The notes: generated by a model not told the origin, from the sequence alone. Numbered from the stretch's first letter, positions 27,961 through 42,854 are shown. The stretch is 64,000 bases of DNA from Eledone cirrhosa (GCA_964016885.1 OZ024753.1:37448001-37512000), one strand, 5' to 3'. A program made the numbers and translations.

Positions 27961-28082
27961 CATATATATATATCTGTTTATATCACTCGCATTCCTATCT
28001 CGACTTCTTCCAACCCCACACACTCCATCTACTCCCAATTCATCCAGCAACTTTGGGGGAAGGGGCGGACGATTAAATCTAT

Positions 28083-28628
28083 CCCAGTGCATTACTGGTA
28101 CTTTATTTTATCGACCCAGTAAGCATTAAAAGGAAAGTTAACCTCGGCAGGTTTTGAACTCAGAACGTAAGGGCCATAACTCTATGCGTCAAAGCATGTC
28201 GTCCGATGCTCTTTTGATTCTGCCAATCCACTACTAATAATAATTGTTTCTACTTTAGGCACAAGGCCAGCAATTACTCAGTGTATTACTGGTACTTTAT
28301 TTTATCGACCCCGTAAGGAGGAAAGGCAAAGTTAACCTCGGCGGTATTTGAAATCAGAACGTCAAGGGCTATAACTCAATGCTGAAAAACATGGTGTCTG
28401 ACGCTCTACCGATGCTGCCAATCCACCGCCAATAATGCAATAGTGACTTATTTAATAATTGTTTCTACTTTTTGGCACAAGGCCAGCAATTATCTCAGTG
28501 CATTACTGGTACTTTATTGTATCGACCCCGTAAGGATGAAAGGCAAAGTCAACCTCGGCGGGATTTGAACTCAGATCGTAAAGGGACGTAACTATGCTGG
28601 AAAGCATGGCGTCCGACCCTCTACCGAT
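28083..28628 (-). mobile_element. Head-to-tail trimer of the young SINE (28083-28230, 28240-28430, 28455-28628)
   Basis: Three consecutive same-strand copies. Confidence 0.85.
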
Positions 28629-30020
28629 TTAATAATAATACCAATATACTACTTATATTACTACTAAAGAAAGAAAGAAAGAAAGAAAAAAGAAAGAAAC
28701 CTATAAAGGTTCTTTGCTATCACAGTGGCAACTTCGTTGTAGTACTTGTAAGGTTACTTGGTAACAATTCTTGTTAAACAGAGCTGTGTTTTGCTCTCTT
28801 GTCAAATAACTTTTAACCTTTTCCTCCATAATAGCCTGACTTTTGACAACACGATCGTAAAATCTGAAGTTGTTAATCGGTTCGGCTGTTGTTATTATGT
28901 CGTCTGTATTTGACAACTCTTATACAAGCTTAATAAAATGGAGTGTTTATATAAAACGTGGTTTCTAGTTCTATTGTGTTTGATGTTTTATTTTCAGTGA
29001 AGATAATCATTAGAAGTATTATTATAAGGAGAGGCAATGAACTGACAGAGTCGTTAGAAGCTCGGAGAGAAGGCTTTGCAGTATTCGATCTGATTCTTTG
29101 TTCTCTTAGTTCATATCCCACATAAATCAACAATGTCTTTCATCCTTTCTAGGTCGATAAAAAAACGTACTAGTGTAGTACCAGGATCGATGTTTTTCTT
29201 CATTGCAGCAATGATTCGGGAATTGCAGGGGTTAAAGAAAAATTCTACGAGTGAAACAGAACTGAAAGTCATTGAAGCTAGTTCCTGGAAAGGTATGAGG
29301 GCCGCCAGCTTTAAGTGCTGAAAACAAGTCGTATATCATGACGGCGCCCTGGAGACTTTTCATGAGGAGTTAAGGTCTTATAAATAGTATAGATGAATAT
29401 CATATGTATATAAGAGATTATAGGATTATAGGGGGTTGTGTTGGCATGTGTGGTTTCAAAGAATACTATTCATTGCACTTTTACTATTGAACTTATCAAA
29501 TTACAAATGTAAACATATCTTTACACTCGTTACATAATGTGGATCTCTTTTAAAGTGTTTCTTAATATTAACTATTTTGTAGCTTTTATGTTGATAGGAT
29601 TATTTAAACGCTGATGAAATTAAGGAGGCAACTAAATAAGCTATGAAATTAGCAGCAACTCTTTACTAAAAGTTCAAAATTCGCATAAATCTATATTATT
29701 CATGAGTCAGCATGTTACTTTGGAACTGTAAACAGAAGAGAGATAAATCTCTTGGATAGGTCGATAATTTGTACCCAATAGTAATATAGCTAGTCACTTC
29801 TGTCTTTTAAGACTGTTGTCTGTCTTTATCATTTGTTGTAGAGTGTTTAAGATGGCGGAGACATTAGAGAAACTCACATTAACATTAACATGGCATATAG
29901 TTGGCTGTTTATTTCGGTACGTTTCTGTGTCAGCTCTTATTGACTTTACGTTTCAACCTTTCAGAGTCGATAAGTACTGGCTATAAACCAGCATTAACTA
30001 AAACATTTATATACCCCCAT

Positions 30021-30105
<85 letters not shown>

Positions 30106-30470
30106 TTATATATATTTATAAAGAGAAACATGCTTTGTCAAATGTAAACTGGTATGTTTTTTTCTGGGCTAGTACACCGTTATTTTACTTAGTTGTCCTA
30201 CATTTCTATCGTCTGCCAAATAGATTTGCCAATGAACTGCGATAACTGAACATTGTCTGAGATGACAATGAACAATGATTACAGTTCGGGGTCTTTCACA
30301 TAGTATTCTGAAGTGTATTCAGTTGATAATAATACTGAAAAGCTTAATGATAACGTCCGTGTGTGAATGAGTGTATAAACGGGAGAGAGATAGAGATGGA
30401 AAGAGTAAATGTAAGGAATTTAATCAAAGCTTAATGTTAACATGTGTGTGTGTGTGCGTGCGTCTCTGTG

Positions 30471-30568
<98 letters not shown>

Positions 30569-31329
30569 TGTGTGTGTTAGGGCAGTGGATTGGCAGTATC
30601 GGTAGAACGTCGGACAACATGCTTTATGGTATAGAGTTAGGTCTCTTTTGGTTGTGCTGTATAACTCAGTTGCGCCGTACGAAAACATTGTCACGAAGAA
30701 CAATCAGTGACATCCGCTCTGACAACAGCAATAATAGAAACAACAATAACAACAGAGAATAACGATGATTATGATGATGATGATCATCATCATCATTACG
30801 AGAGAAAGAAGAAGCAGGGGGAGAGGAAGTTGAAGCACAGCAACAACAGCAACAATGAAGACGACGACGATGACAACGACTACAATAACAAAACTATATT
30901 TTATTATCTGTCACTTTACTAACCGATTTCTTTCCCTACAAATAAATATAAACATGAAAATAAAATAAAATAAAATGGCTACCATGATGACATCGAATCT
31001 AGATAGTTCTGTACTCAGTGACCGGTAAAATGGCTGCCATGGTGTCACAATAGTTATGACCTTCTCGAATATCATTACAGAGTGTGCTTACCTAAACAAA
31101 CGGAAATAATGGAGATAAAGCCACCCAACTTTCCACCACAACTACCTCCAAGTGTTTCGACACTAACAAATATATTTCTTGGAAACTTTCTGAGATTTTG
31201 TTTATTTCATTATATAAACATCTTAAACATCTAAGGCAACCGCATCTTTATACTTGTAAATACTTCCTAGTAACATGGAACTCGTTGGCTGAGGGGGAAC
31301 TAAAATATGTTTCTATAATGGGGAATATA

Positions 31330-31490
31330 GGGCGGTAGATTGGAAGAATTTGTAGAGCATTGGACAACATGCTTTGTGGCGTATAATTATGGCCCTTTAG
31401 GTTCTGAGTTCAAATTCTGACCGAGGTTAACTTTGCCGTTTATCCTTACGAGCTTCATAAAATGAAGTACCAGTTACTTACTGGAGTCGA
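31330..31490 (+). mobile_element. Diverged tRNA-derived SINE
   Basis: GGGCGGTAGATTGG...TTCTGAGTTCAAATTC...GAGGTTAACTTTGCC...AAGTACCAG. Confidence 0.7.
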
Positions 31491-32074
31491 TTTAATTAAC
31501 TCACTAGAAACCATATAGGGGAATATATTTTTCCATATTGTTGTTGTTATTGTCCCTCCGTCGATTACGACGACGAGCGCTCCAGTTCATTCAATCAAAG
31601 ATCACAATGTCGTGGGTTCGATTCCTAGGTTAGATTGTGTGTTGTGTTCTTGAGCAAAACACTTCACTTCACAAAAAGAGAGAGAGATGAGTAGATAGAT
31701 AGGTGCACATGTACTAATTACATTCAAAAGCAACTTATCTTTTAGTTACTTTATAAAATTATAACAAATTATTGTCTTGAATTTCAAACTGTGATAAAGT
31801 TATTAAAAATCTACTTAGATATAAAACTGGAATTCTAAAAGTCAGAGATCTACTTTGAAATTTAAGATAAAAGTTTTAATTATATTTTAATAGCATTTAA
31901 ATGTCGCGTTGGAATTTTACAAGAGGCTTTATACATTCAGGCTGTGAGTCATATTGTCTCATACAATACCTACAAAAATCTTCTACTGTAGCTTCCATTT
32001 TGGCAACGAATTTTAAGTAGAATTTGGGGGAGGGATATTGCAGAAGCTCGCCGTGTACATACATATATACATAC

Positions 32075-32112
<38 letters not shown>

Positions 32113-32240
32113 AAAGTTATATTTAAATTGTTGGGTTAACAACGAGTAAATATTTATAACTGATATAAAAGAACTTAACAAGTATTTGGAGTATATTTAT
32201 GATATTAAATAAATGGAAACTATATTTATAAAACCATATT

Positions 32241-32306
32241 TATTTCGTTATATATATTTCAGGGATATCATATTAACAATATGTTATGCCTTCTTCAGAC
32301 AAAATA
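32241..32306 (-). ncRNA. Type I hammerhead ribozyme (left arm)
   Basis: Reverse complement of 32432-32497. Confidence 0.75.
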
Positions 32307-32431
32307 CAATATAAACAGTCTTATAAATAAATAGATACGACATACCTTTCAATCACCTTGCATCAACCTCCCTAATGCAAGGTGATTGAAAGGTATGTCG
32401 TATCTATTTATTTATAAGACTGTTTATATTG

Positions 32432-32497
32432 TATTTTGTCTGAAGAAGGCATAACATATTGTTAATATGATATCCCTGAAATATATATAACGAAATA
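32432..32497 (+). ncRNA. Type I hammerhead ribozyme
   Basis: TATTTTGT-CTGAAGA-AGG...CCT-GAAA-TATATA-TA-ACGAAATA, with 8-bp stem I. Confidence 0.8.
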
Positions 32498-32537
32498 AAT
32501 ATGGTTTTATAAATATAGTTTCCATTTATTTAATATC

Positions 32538-32617
<80 letters not shown>

Positions 32618-32632
32618 GTGTGTGTGTGTGTA

Positions 32633-32693
<61 letters not shown>

Positions 32694-32782
32694 GATGATT
32701 CGCCTATCAGACGTTCGTAACTGGACATAATCAATAAACACCTAAATGTACTGTTGTTATAATAAAATATTCCCACATACAC

Positions 32783-32837
<55 letters not shown>

Positions 32838-32867
32838 GGGGGGGGGTGTACTGATTAATACACTGAG

Positions 32868-33161
32868 GACGAAAAACTCAGAGCTGTATGAGAGCCTCCC
32901 AAAAGTCAGCTCAAAAGTGACACAGAGGAGACTAAGGTTAGCTGGACATGCTCACCGACATCCAGAGTTGACATTGCACTCAGTGCTCCTGTGGGAGCCC
33001 CTACGTGGACACACTGGAAGAGGAAGACCAAAGTTAACGTATGTTGATGCCCTAAGGACAGGCACTGGTCTGTTGGAGACGCAGGACATGGCAGCGATAA
33101 TGAGGGACAGAGACCACTGGAGAGAACTCGTCCATGGATCTCGGAAATGTTACCCGCCCTA

Positions 33162-33162
<1 letters not shown>
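32868..33162 (+). mobile_element. RTE-clade LINE 3' end
   Basis: NSELYESLPKVSSKVTQRRLRLAGHAHRHPEL...GRGRPKLTYVDAL...DRDHWRELV. Confidence 0.85.
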
Positions 33163-33192
<30 letters not shown>

Positions 33193-33563
33193 GGGGTGGA
33201 GTATGTTTACGTGTGTGTCTGTATCTGTGTTATATCATGTAACTTAGCTGTTTGACACAAAAGCGATCGATTCAATAAGTATAAGACTTTAAAAGGTAAG
33301 TACAGGAGTCGTTATAATCGACTAAATCAAGGTGGTGTCCCAACATGGCTGCTGTCTATTGACTGAAACGAAACAATATAGCTATCAACAAATAATTATG
33401 ATATTTTCTTACTTATTATAAGATTTATTTCATATATTTTACGCTATTCGTTTCGGTATACAGTTTATTTGGTTTTCTATTTACTAATGAAATAAATATG
33501 ATTTTTTTATTTACTCAAATGTGACATTTGAGATAGTTATATGACAGCACCATACACACACAA

Positions 33564-33849
<286 letters not shown>

Positions 33850-33953
33850 GTGTGTGTGTGTAGAGGTTATATTTAATTTGTTGGGATTCCGACCAGAATG
33901 GTTGCATTTTTTCAGGGTATGTCAATATTTATTTATAAAATTAACCTATATTA

Positions 33954-34016
33954 TATTTTATCTGATGAAAGCGCACCATAGTTTGCCTTGGCCCTTGAAA
34001 TAGGTATAATGAAATA
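33954..34016 (+). ncRNA. Type I hammerhead ribozyme (diverged family B copy within 33862-34057)
   Basis: TATTTTAT-CTGATGA-AAG...CTT-GAAA-TAGGTA-TA-ATGAAATA, with compensatory changes relative to the 32432 copy. Confidence 0.75.
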
Positions 34017-34081
34017 AATATGGTTTTATAAATATAGTTTCCATTTGTTAATATATTATATATATATATATATGTTATTAC

Positions 34082-34127
<46 letters not shown>

Positions 34128-34167
34128 ACTATATATATATATATTATTATTATTACTATATATATAT

Positions 34168-34307
34168 ATTTCGTTTCTGAATTTGTTTAGCAAGATTCTT
34201 TATCTGAAAACGTGTGTAGAAACCGATATTCAATTTATTATAATAAATTGAAGTGAAAGCATCTGATGCGTGTGTTTCTGATCGGCAACATGACCCTCCC
34301 AAAGTAT

Positions 34308-34314
<7 letters not shown>
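34168..34314. mobile_element. PLE terminal element, family C (inverted tail joined to repeat end)
   Basis: Reverse complement of tail 54927-54985 joined through the TCAATTTATTA/TAATAAATTGA hairpin to the ...CCCAAAGTATAACAAT end. Confidence 0.75.
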
Positions 34315-34387
<73 letters not shown>

Positions 34388-34437
34388 GTATATGTATGTA
34401 TATATATATATATATTTATATATATACATACATATAC

Positions 34438-34641
<204 letters not shown>

Positions 34642-34866
34642 TTATTTATATGCATATGTGTGTGTGTATTTTCGTTGTTGTAGTGGGTATGTGACAATAT
34701 CTCTCCGGTTGCAATTTTCACTGTGTCACACTCCTAACGCATTGTTATTGATCTGAGCTGTAATTTATCGATTTATCGATATCAACTTATTGAGTGCTTT
34801 GTACCACCCTCAGAAGATTGATTTCGAAAAATGCTAATCGCAGTTGCAACTTTTACTCACTATTAT

Positions 34867-34920
<54 letters not shown>

Positions 34921-35146
34921 TCCGAAATCATTAGACGTGTCCGTCGAACCTGCGGGTCCAGAGTCAGACAGATCTACACAGTGATCACGTCTCGAGCTGT
35001 CCGCCGGCGAAACAATTGTAACACACAATAAATTGAGTTCAGATGCATCACTGATTTTTCGTTTTCTATTCTATCATACTCTGCTCTGTAAGAGCATAGA
35101 GTGCTCAACCGGCATACCGCCTATGGAAGCATCTTAGCTACCATCA

Positions 35147-35304
<158 letters not shown>

Positions 35305-35317
35305 CATATATATATAT

Positions 35318-35461
35318 GTAGGAGGTGAGTTTTATTGTAATACAATAAAGCAATGCAGATATCGGATAAGAAGCACTCTACAGTTTGTAGGACTGGAGTA
35401 TACATAATATATAAGAACAAAAGATGGTTAAAAGAGTTTGTAGGACTGGAGTATACATAAT
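35318..35461 (-). mobile_element. Family J PLE 3' end and tail, with a short terminal duplication
   Basis: Reverse complement of 24880-24998; GTTTGTAGGACTGGAGTATACATAAT occurs twice. Confidence 0.8.
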
Positions 35462-35544
<83 letters not shown>

Positions 35545-35546
<2 letters not shown>

Positions 35547-35670
35547 TCCCGGGGATCAATCGGGGTTAACCACAGTAAGTAAGGTACCGAATAGACTAGT
35601 AGAGTGTAAACTATAGAAATGCCTCTTCTACGGGACAGAACTGTTTCATTCAAAAGAAATCATCTGTGAC
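35545..35670 (-). mobile_element. Family D PLE end with decayed hammerhead
   Basis: Minus strand CAGATGA-tttcttttgaat-GAAACAGTTCTGTCCCGTAGAAG aligns with 16085-16127. Confidence 0.6.
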
Positions 35671-35977
35671 CAAGATACTCGAATAGAATGTCCAAATTGA
35701 GGTTTATTGTTCAACATATTCCCTGAAAAGGTTTTTAATTAATTCATACATATTCAGCATATGAACCTTTCAGCCGACCCTCGTGCATATGTGTTTGTGT
35801 GTGTGCAGGAGTTGGTTTTGCAGTATAATATAATATTATACACATCTTTAGTGTATCTCGTTAGGCTAATTATTATAGTGCTAAAACTTTAAAGCAGTTT
35901 TTTGGGTTTTTTTACAAATATCTGTCAGCATTTAAGATATTGGATTACTCTCGGTGATTTTTATTATTTCACATATC

Positions 35978-36129
<152 letters not shown>

Positions 36130-36142
36130 ATATATATTTATA

Positions 36143-36380
<238 letters not shown>

Positions 36381-36566
36381 CATTTTTTATATATATACAT
36401 ACATATACATATTTTTTTTTATTCTTTGTTTTATCTTCCGTTCGCTAATCGCTAGAGGAATAAATATAATCTTTTATATTAAACCACAATATTTTATATA
36501 TTTTATATTATACATTACAGCTAATAATATATTTAATCACTGAAAAAAAATACGATACTGTAAAGA

Positions 36567-36930
36567 AGTTTTTTTTATTCACATGACCTCTACCGACCAA
36601 TCAAAATTGTTTTGACCACAAGAATTTTTGCAAACACCAAGTAGCGCTGGAGCCACTTTTTTAACATAAAAACGGGTAGAATTCCCAAAACTAATCAGAT
36701 CAGAGCAAACAGCACGGACACTCTATTTCAAAATTATTTTTGAAAAGCATTTAGAAATGCGCAACCGGTAAAAACTTAAAAACTTAAAACCACAACTGAA
36801 TACTAACCCATACAATCACTAATACTCTTTTATTCCTAATTAAACCATTTTTCAACTGTGAACAATTTGTCAGCATTTTCTATTCTGTTTACCAATATAT
36901 AATAACTTGTGTGTTACACCTCTATTCTTT

Positions 36931-36935
<5 letters not shown>
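36567..36935 (+). mobile_element. Family E PLE 3' fragment flanked by a ~190-bp direct repeat
   Basis: 36694-36935 matches 14361-14603; 36375-36566 is repeated at 36975-37166. Confidence 0.8.
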
Positions 36936-36980
<45 letters not shown>

Positions 36981-37474
36981 CATTTTTTATATATATACAT
37001 ACATATACATATTTTTTTTATTCTTTGTTTTATCTTCCGTTCGCTAATCCCTAGAGGAATAAATATAATCTTTTATATTAAACCACAATATTTTATATAT
37101 TTTATATTATACATTACAGCTAATAATATATTTAATCACTGAAAAAAAAATACGATACTGTAAAGATGTTCGAAATAAATTTTCTAGGAAAATATTTTCT
37201 TAAATGATTCATTTTATTGAAGATTTTAAGTGTAAATAATATTGGGCAAAGTGAATTGTAGTATCATTATAAGAAAAAACATTTTCATGTGTCAGATTTA
37301 TATGGGAAATTATATTTTATCTGAGTAATTACTTAGATATCCACCTCCCTACCGATCTGAAGAAATCCACCTCCCCACGTTTCTGAAGAAATCACTCCCA
37401 TACCAGCAACAAATGTAAATACTGCATCTTGGATTGCATAAGATTGCATGTTTGTATGTATGTATGTATGTATG

Positions 37475-37835
37475 TGCGCGGGGACATAGAAATAATCGGG
37501 CTGGATATCCGATCGCGCGGTTAAACCTCTGGGAGTGAAGGACCCCTAACCTTTGTCAGGGTATTCTTCTAGGAGAAAGCAACTCAGGAAACTGGGCTAA
37601 CTCCGACATAAAACCTGCAGCTCAGTAGTTACCGATGATGTTGATCTTTTCTTCGTTTCGGGTTATAGCTACTGTCGCTCAGAGAATGAGATTGGCTCAG
37701 TGCAGTCTTTCCTCACTTTAAAAAAAAATCTTAAGGCACAGACATTGCACGATAACATTAATTAATAATTATTAATAATGTTATATCGTGCAATGGCCAT
37801 ACTAGATAACGAGGGGGCAGCCATCATGTATGTAT
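37475..37835 (+). mobile_element. Non-autonomous RTE-related element, diverged subfamily
   Basis: GACCCCTAACCTTTGTCA..CTAGGAGAA..AAACCTGCA..GATGTTGA..GGCAGCCATCATGTATGTA parallels 57636-58031. Confidence 0.55.
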
Positions 37836-38240
37836 ATATATATATGGAAATATTTCAAATTTTCTCTAAAATGATTTTAGGTTCGTAAATCTGAGATCTG
37901 GGATATGGGAGTCAATTTAGACCTGGCTTCGTTTTCGATACAGTAATACCAACGTATGCACTTTTAGCCATAATGATTTTATATCTCGCAATATCGTGAA
38001 AACTATATTGGATGGTGTAGCTTTCTCAATTAGAATTTGAATGTAATTATATAACATAGCATGCGATTTCTGATTTAATTACATCTATAATGTTTCCTTA
38101 TCTTTGCTCTGAAACGACTTTAAGGGGTATTAACCCCCAGGGACAGGAGGCAAGAGGCGGGTCCATCTTAAGTATAAACGTATTGAGTATCAACACAGGA
38201 AACACGTTAGTCACTATAGAGTTACTTGGAGAATTACAAA

Positions 38241-38280
<40 letters not shown>

Positions 38281-38425
38281 AGTATATATATATATATATA
38301 TATAAATATATACGTATATATATATATATATGTATATACATATGTATATATATTTATACTTAGAGAATTTTCATATATATATATATAGTAATAATAATTG
38401 TTTATATATATATATATATATATAT

Positions 38426-38951
38426 ATTGCCTCTGTGATTGTAATTTGTCTAAACATTGCGTCTTTTAAAAGACGCAATGTTTAGACAAATCACAGAGGC
38501 AATAAACATAAATGAATTACAACCAAAATTAAATAGAAAACATGAGTGGAACAGCAACATCACAACTTACAATTAAGGACAAAATGAAAACACACACGCA
38601 CATAGAACAAACAATCAACCAGTAACATGTAAATAAACAAATAAATAAACGAATATAAACACACACAGACACCCGGATGTAACACATGCGCAAACTAAGC
38701 ACACAACACACACACAAAAACAAGAACAAAGGAGAGGCACAAAAAACAAAGAAAAGAATCCCCAATCACTGAAGAGGTCACAGAATGTGTGACGAAAGAA
38801 CTTTGACAATATATAAACAACCATCTGGTTGTGGAACCAACCAACCGGAATTTTATAAATTCCTAAATTTATAAATTTATTATAATAAATTGAAGTGAAG
38901 CAACTGGTGCGTGTGTTTCTTATTGGCAACATGACCCTCCCAAAGTATAAC

Positions 38952-38952
<1 letters not shown>
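38426..38952 (+). mobile_element. Family C PLE 3' fragment with a 5' fold-back hairpin
   Basis: Palindrome centred on GTCTTTTAAAAGAC (38426-38503), then an A/C-rich UTR, hammerhead and repeat end. Confidence 0.75.
38766..38806 (+). ncRNA. Type I hammerhead ribozyme candidate (extra G after core)
   Basis: TCA-CTGAAGA-G-GTCACA-gaatg-TGTGAC-GAAA-GAAC-TT-TGA. Confidence 0.65.
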
Positions 38953-38983
<31 letters not shown>

Positions 38984-39970
38984 TGTGTGTGTGTGTGTGT
39001 GTGTATGTGTGTGTTGTATATATATATGGTTGGAAAATCACTGACGAAGGACTATTTTTATCATATGTAACCCATGTGCAACCACGCAGTATTCTTCTTT
39101 CTTCTCATGTTTTATATATATATATATATGTATATATATATTTGTATGTATATATATATATACTGTGAGTGAGTGTGTGTATGTGTGTGTCTGTGTGTTT
39201 GTGTGTGTGTAATATATAATAGGCAGCGAATTGGCAGAGTCCTTAGTTCAAATCCCGCCGAGGTTATCTTTGACGAAATCGATGATAAAACAAATACCAG
39301 ATTTCTGCAAAGGCCCCTTCCCGCGTACATAGCTCTATATAGCTATTATATGGATGAATACAGTTCACGACAACGACCAAGGGGTGTAATGTATAATGAA
39401 TTAAAGGCTGTGAAACACAAAAAGGGGCTGAGGATAGAGAAACCACGCAAGTATATCCTTTCTAAAATGTGGATATCTCCTCTCATAAACTCAAGTGGGC
39501 CAATCACCGTTGTTGGATATAATGCATTCCATATTTGATTATTTTGCCCAATACCACTATAAAGCTTAAATAGATTATATAGATATATTTATATATTTTA
39601 TATACACATGCATAAATGCATACATACATACAAACATACATACATTCATGCATGCATACATACATACATACATGCATACATTCATACATATATACATTTT
39701 GCATCTAAGAACTGCATATACACATGTACAAATACAAAGCATATGCACATGCACACATACAACTCAAAACATCCACATCCACACATACAATAACATCTAT
39801 ACCTGCACACACATGCATGCATGCATGCAGACATGCATACATATCTACTTAGTTGATGTTGTGTAAATTCCAATGAGATAGTCTTGTAACTATGTTAGTA
39901 ACCGACTCTCTCTCTCTCTCTATTGGTAAACATTTGTGAAATTATAAAACCAGAAAAATATATGTACATA

Positions 39971-40345
39971 GATGGCGGCTGCCAACTCGTTTTCGAGTAC
40001 GGCCACTACTTTATATCCATGTAGGAGAACTCCTACTGATGCGCTGAACGAGTGTGACCTTTTAGTCCAGCCTGCGACATGAAAACTCTGGTACAAACAC
40101 TACACTTGTGACAATTATTGACACATAGTGCTGGGCCCATGGTACCATGTGACGACAAGTGCAGAGAGATCTCCAGATATAAAGCAATGCCTGTGCCGTG
40201 AAGCTTTTATAGTGAGCAAAGGCACTGCACAATTCTAGGAGAATTCTAGGAGAATTCTAGGAGAATTCTAGGAGAATTTTAGGCAGAATTCTAGGAGAAG
40301 GAAAACTCTGATATAACACCTGCAACCCTGATGGTATCCAATGAT
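39971..40345. mobile_element. Rearranged non-autonomous RTE-related element (inversion with a tandem GAATTCTAGGA junction)
   Basis: 39971-40230 matches 53079-53338; 40283-40345 matches 57650-57713 in the opposite element orientation. Confidence 0.75.
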
Positions 40346-40612
40346 GTACATAGATACATGCATACATACATACATCATACTTGAGCATGAACATCACAAG
40401 CGTGGCATTTTAGTCCTGCTAGGGAATTGCCTGTGGCCAGCAATACCATGCATCGCAAAATATGTCACGTATCAAGCGATGTCTGTGCTTGAAGCTTTTT
40501 TAAATGAAGAAAGGCTTTGCACGGGGCCAATTCCACTCTCTGAACATAGAACGCATTTACCCCCCCCCCCCCCCCCAAAAAAAGAACTGGTCTACATTAC
40601 TGGATGCAAACG

Positions 40613-40805
40613 AGGGTGGTGGATTGGCAGTAACGGTAGAGGGTCGGACGCCATGCTTTGACGTATAGAGTTACGGCCCTTGCCATTCTGAGTTCAAATC
40701 CCGCCGAGGTTAACTTTGCCTTTCATCCTTATGGGGTCGATAAAATAAAGTACCAGTAATACACTGGGTAATTGCTGGCCTTGTGCCAAAACTAGAAACA
40801 ATTAT
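40613..40805 (+). mobile_element. Young tRNA-derived SINE with probable target-site duplication TGGATGCAAACGA
   Basis: Full SINE; TGGATGCAAACGA at 40601-40613 and 40806-40818. Confidence 0.88.
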
Positions 40806-40908
40806 TGGATGCAAACGAAATTTATAGATTAAATCAAAGAACAAGTAAAATCTCAAATAGTATCCGGGATGTAGTACTTTATAATCAGAGAAACATTCAT
40901 GCTCACCC

Positions 40909-40977
<69 letters not shown>

Positions 40978-40979
<2 letters not shown>

Positions 40980-41164
40980 CGAAGGAAATGTGGTAAGGGA
41001 ACCAGGTGGACCATAACGCACCAAAGTACTCAATACTTAGGGTAGTAGAGTGGGTAATAGGAACGAGTAGGACCCTGACGGCTGAGCTCAAGCCGTTTCG
41101 ACGGCTAATTCTGGACTAGCCGTCGAAACGGCTTGAGCTCAGCCGTCGGGGTCCTACTCGTTCC

Positions 41165-41165
<1 letters not shown>
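40978..41165 (-). mobile_element. Fold-back PLE terminal element, family A
   Basis: Reverse-orientation copy in (TA)n. Confidence 0.8.
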
Positions 41166-41191
<26 letters not shown>

Positions 41192-41195
<4 letters not shown>

Positions 41196-41441
41196 ATAAT
41201 AATAAATTTGAAGACTAAAATCCAAAGAGGGCTCGATAAGGATAAATATATATCAGACATATAAGAACCGTAGAGGAAATATTTATTAAAATAACAGATT
41301 AAAGTTTAAGCAAAGAATCGCTGCTTTCACCCTTAACGGGATCTTCTGAAACTCTTATTATTATTATTTAGTTTCAGAAGATCCCGTTAAGGGTGAAAGC
41401 AGCGATTCTTTGCTTAAACTTTAATCTATTATTTTAATAAA
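41192..41441. mobile_element. Fold-back PLE-like terminal element, family F
   Basis: Arms ~41279-41353 and 41370-41444 around an (ATT)n loop, tail 41192-41278. Further copy at 41932-42021. Confidence 0.75.
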
Positions 41442-41456
41442 TATATATATATATAT

Positions 41457-41690
41457 AGTAAGGTGTATTATTGGTTGTGTCATACGGTCCAATAAACTTT
41501 TGTTAGCAATATTAAGTTCTCCACGCTTTTGTATATCTCCAATTCCATTTATGGGAACAGCTAGATGATGTAAAACGGAGTATTTGTATCAAAATAAAGA
41601 TCTGAAGGCATGGTATAAATTTCCAATCATTTTTTTAATCACCAAATGATTGGAAATTTATACCATGCCTTCGGATCTTTATTTTGATAT
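41457..41690. mobile_element. Fold-back element, family I, in (TA)n
   Basis: 46-bp arms ATCAAAATAAAGATCTGAAGGCATGG...CAATCATTT and complement (41588-41690), with unique sequence to the left. Confidence 0.6.
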
Positions 41691-41723
41691 ATATATATAT
41701 ATATATATATAGTAATAATAATT

Positions 41724-41914
41724 ATAATTGTTTCTACTTTTGGCACAAAGCCAGCAATTACCCAGTGCATTACTGGTACTTTATTTTATCGACCCCGTAA
41801 GGATGAAAGGCAAAGTTAACCTCGGCGGGATTTGAACTCAGATCGTAAAGGGACGTAACTCTATGCTTCAAAGCATGGTGTCCGACCCTCTACTGATACT
41901 GCCAATCCACCGCC
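41724..41914 (-). mobile_element. Young tRNA-derived SINE
   Basis: Full-length reverse copy. Confidence 0.85.
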
Positions 41915-42044
41915 CTTATATATATATATATAGTAATAATAATAATAAGAGTTTCAGAAGATCCCGTTAAGGGTGAAAGCACCGATTCTTTGCTTAAACT
42001 TTAATCTGTTATTTTAATAAATATATATATATATATATATATAT

Positions 42045-42332
42045 CTAAGGCGGGTAAAATTCCCGAGATCCATGGACGAGTTCTCTCCAGCGGTCTCTGT
42101 CCCTCATTATCGCTGCCATATCCTGCATCTCCAACAGACCAGTGTCTGTCCTTAGGGCATCAACATATGTTAACCTTGGTCTTCCTCTTCTAGTGTGTCC
42201 ATGTAGGGGCTCCCAAAGGAGCACTGAGTGCAATGTCAACTCTGGATGTCGGTGAGCATGTCCAGCCAACCTCAGTCTCCTCTGTGTCACTTTTGAGCTG
42301 ACTTTTGGGATGCTCCCATACAGCTCTGAGTT
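42045..42332 (-). mobile_element. RTE-clade LINE 3' end
   Basis: [45 protein letters not shown]...SREFYPP*. Confidence 0.85.
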
Positions 42333-42335
42333 TAC

Positions 42336-42430
<95 letters not shown>

Positions 42431-42611
42431 ATGTGTTACATTAAAATGAAGCTCAGACAGAAATGAAATGTACAACGTAATATTGTTATTTTCGACCTCT
42501 AACACCGTCTTGTGTCTCTTAATTGAAAGCGGATTCCAATTACACATGTGTATGTATGTAGATATATGTATCACATATAGGCATATGTGTGTGATACATA
42601 TATATTTGTAT

Positions 42612-42711
<100 letters not shown>

Positions 42712-42748
42712 ATATGTATATAACGTATATATATATACATATATATAC

Positions 42749-42794
<46 letters not shown>

Positions 42795-42803
42795 TATATA
42801 CAT

Positions 42804-42854
<51 letters not shown>

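Larger units (their letters stand above)
32110..32540. mobile_element. Fold-back PLE terminal element, family B (perfect ~166-bp arms, 11-nt loop, tail on left)
   Basis: 32198-32363 is the reverse complement of 32375-32540, with a hammerhead on each arm. Confidence 0.88.

Noticed and set aside
28701-28916. 71-aa minus-strand ORF in unique sequence as a possible host exon
   Set aside because: No recognisable motif and no convincing splice-site pair.
31897-32058. GELLQYPSPKFYLKFVAKME as a possible P-element/THAP transposase remnant
   Set aside because: The resemblance (L.YPS..F....ME) is too short to support without a profile search.
39041-39085. CTGACGA hammerhead start
   Set aside because: There is no downstream GAAA or stem III. 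The same applies to CTGATGAG at 50117 and CTGATGA in the HERO-like UTR at ~13147.
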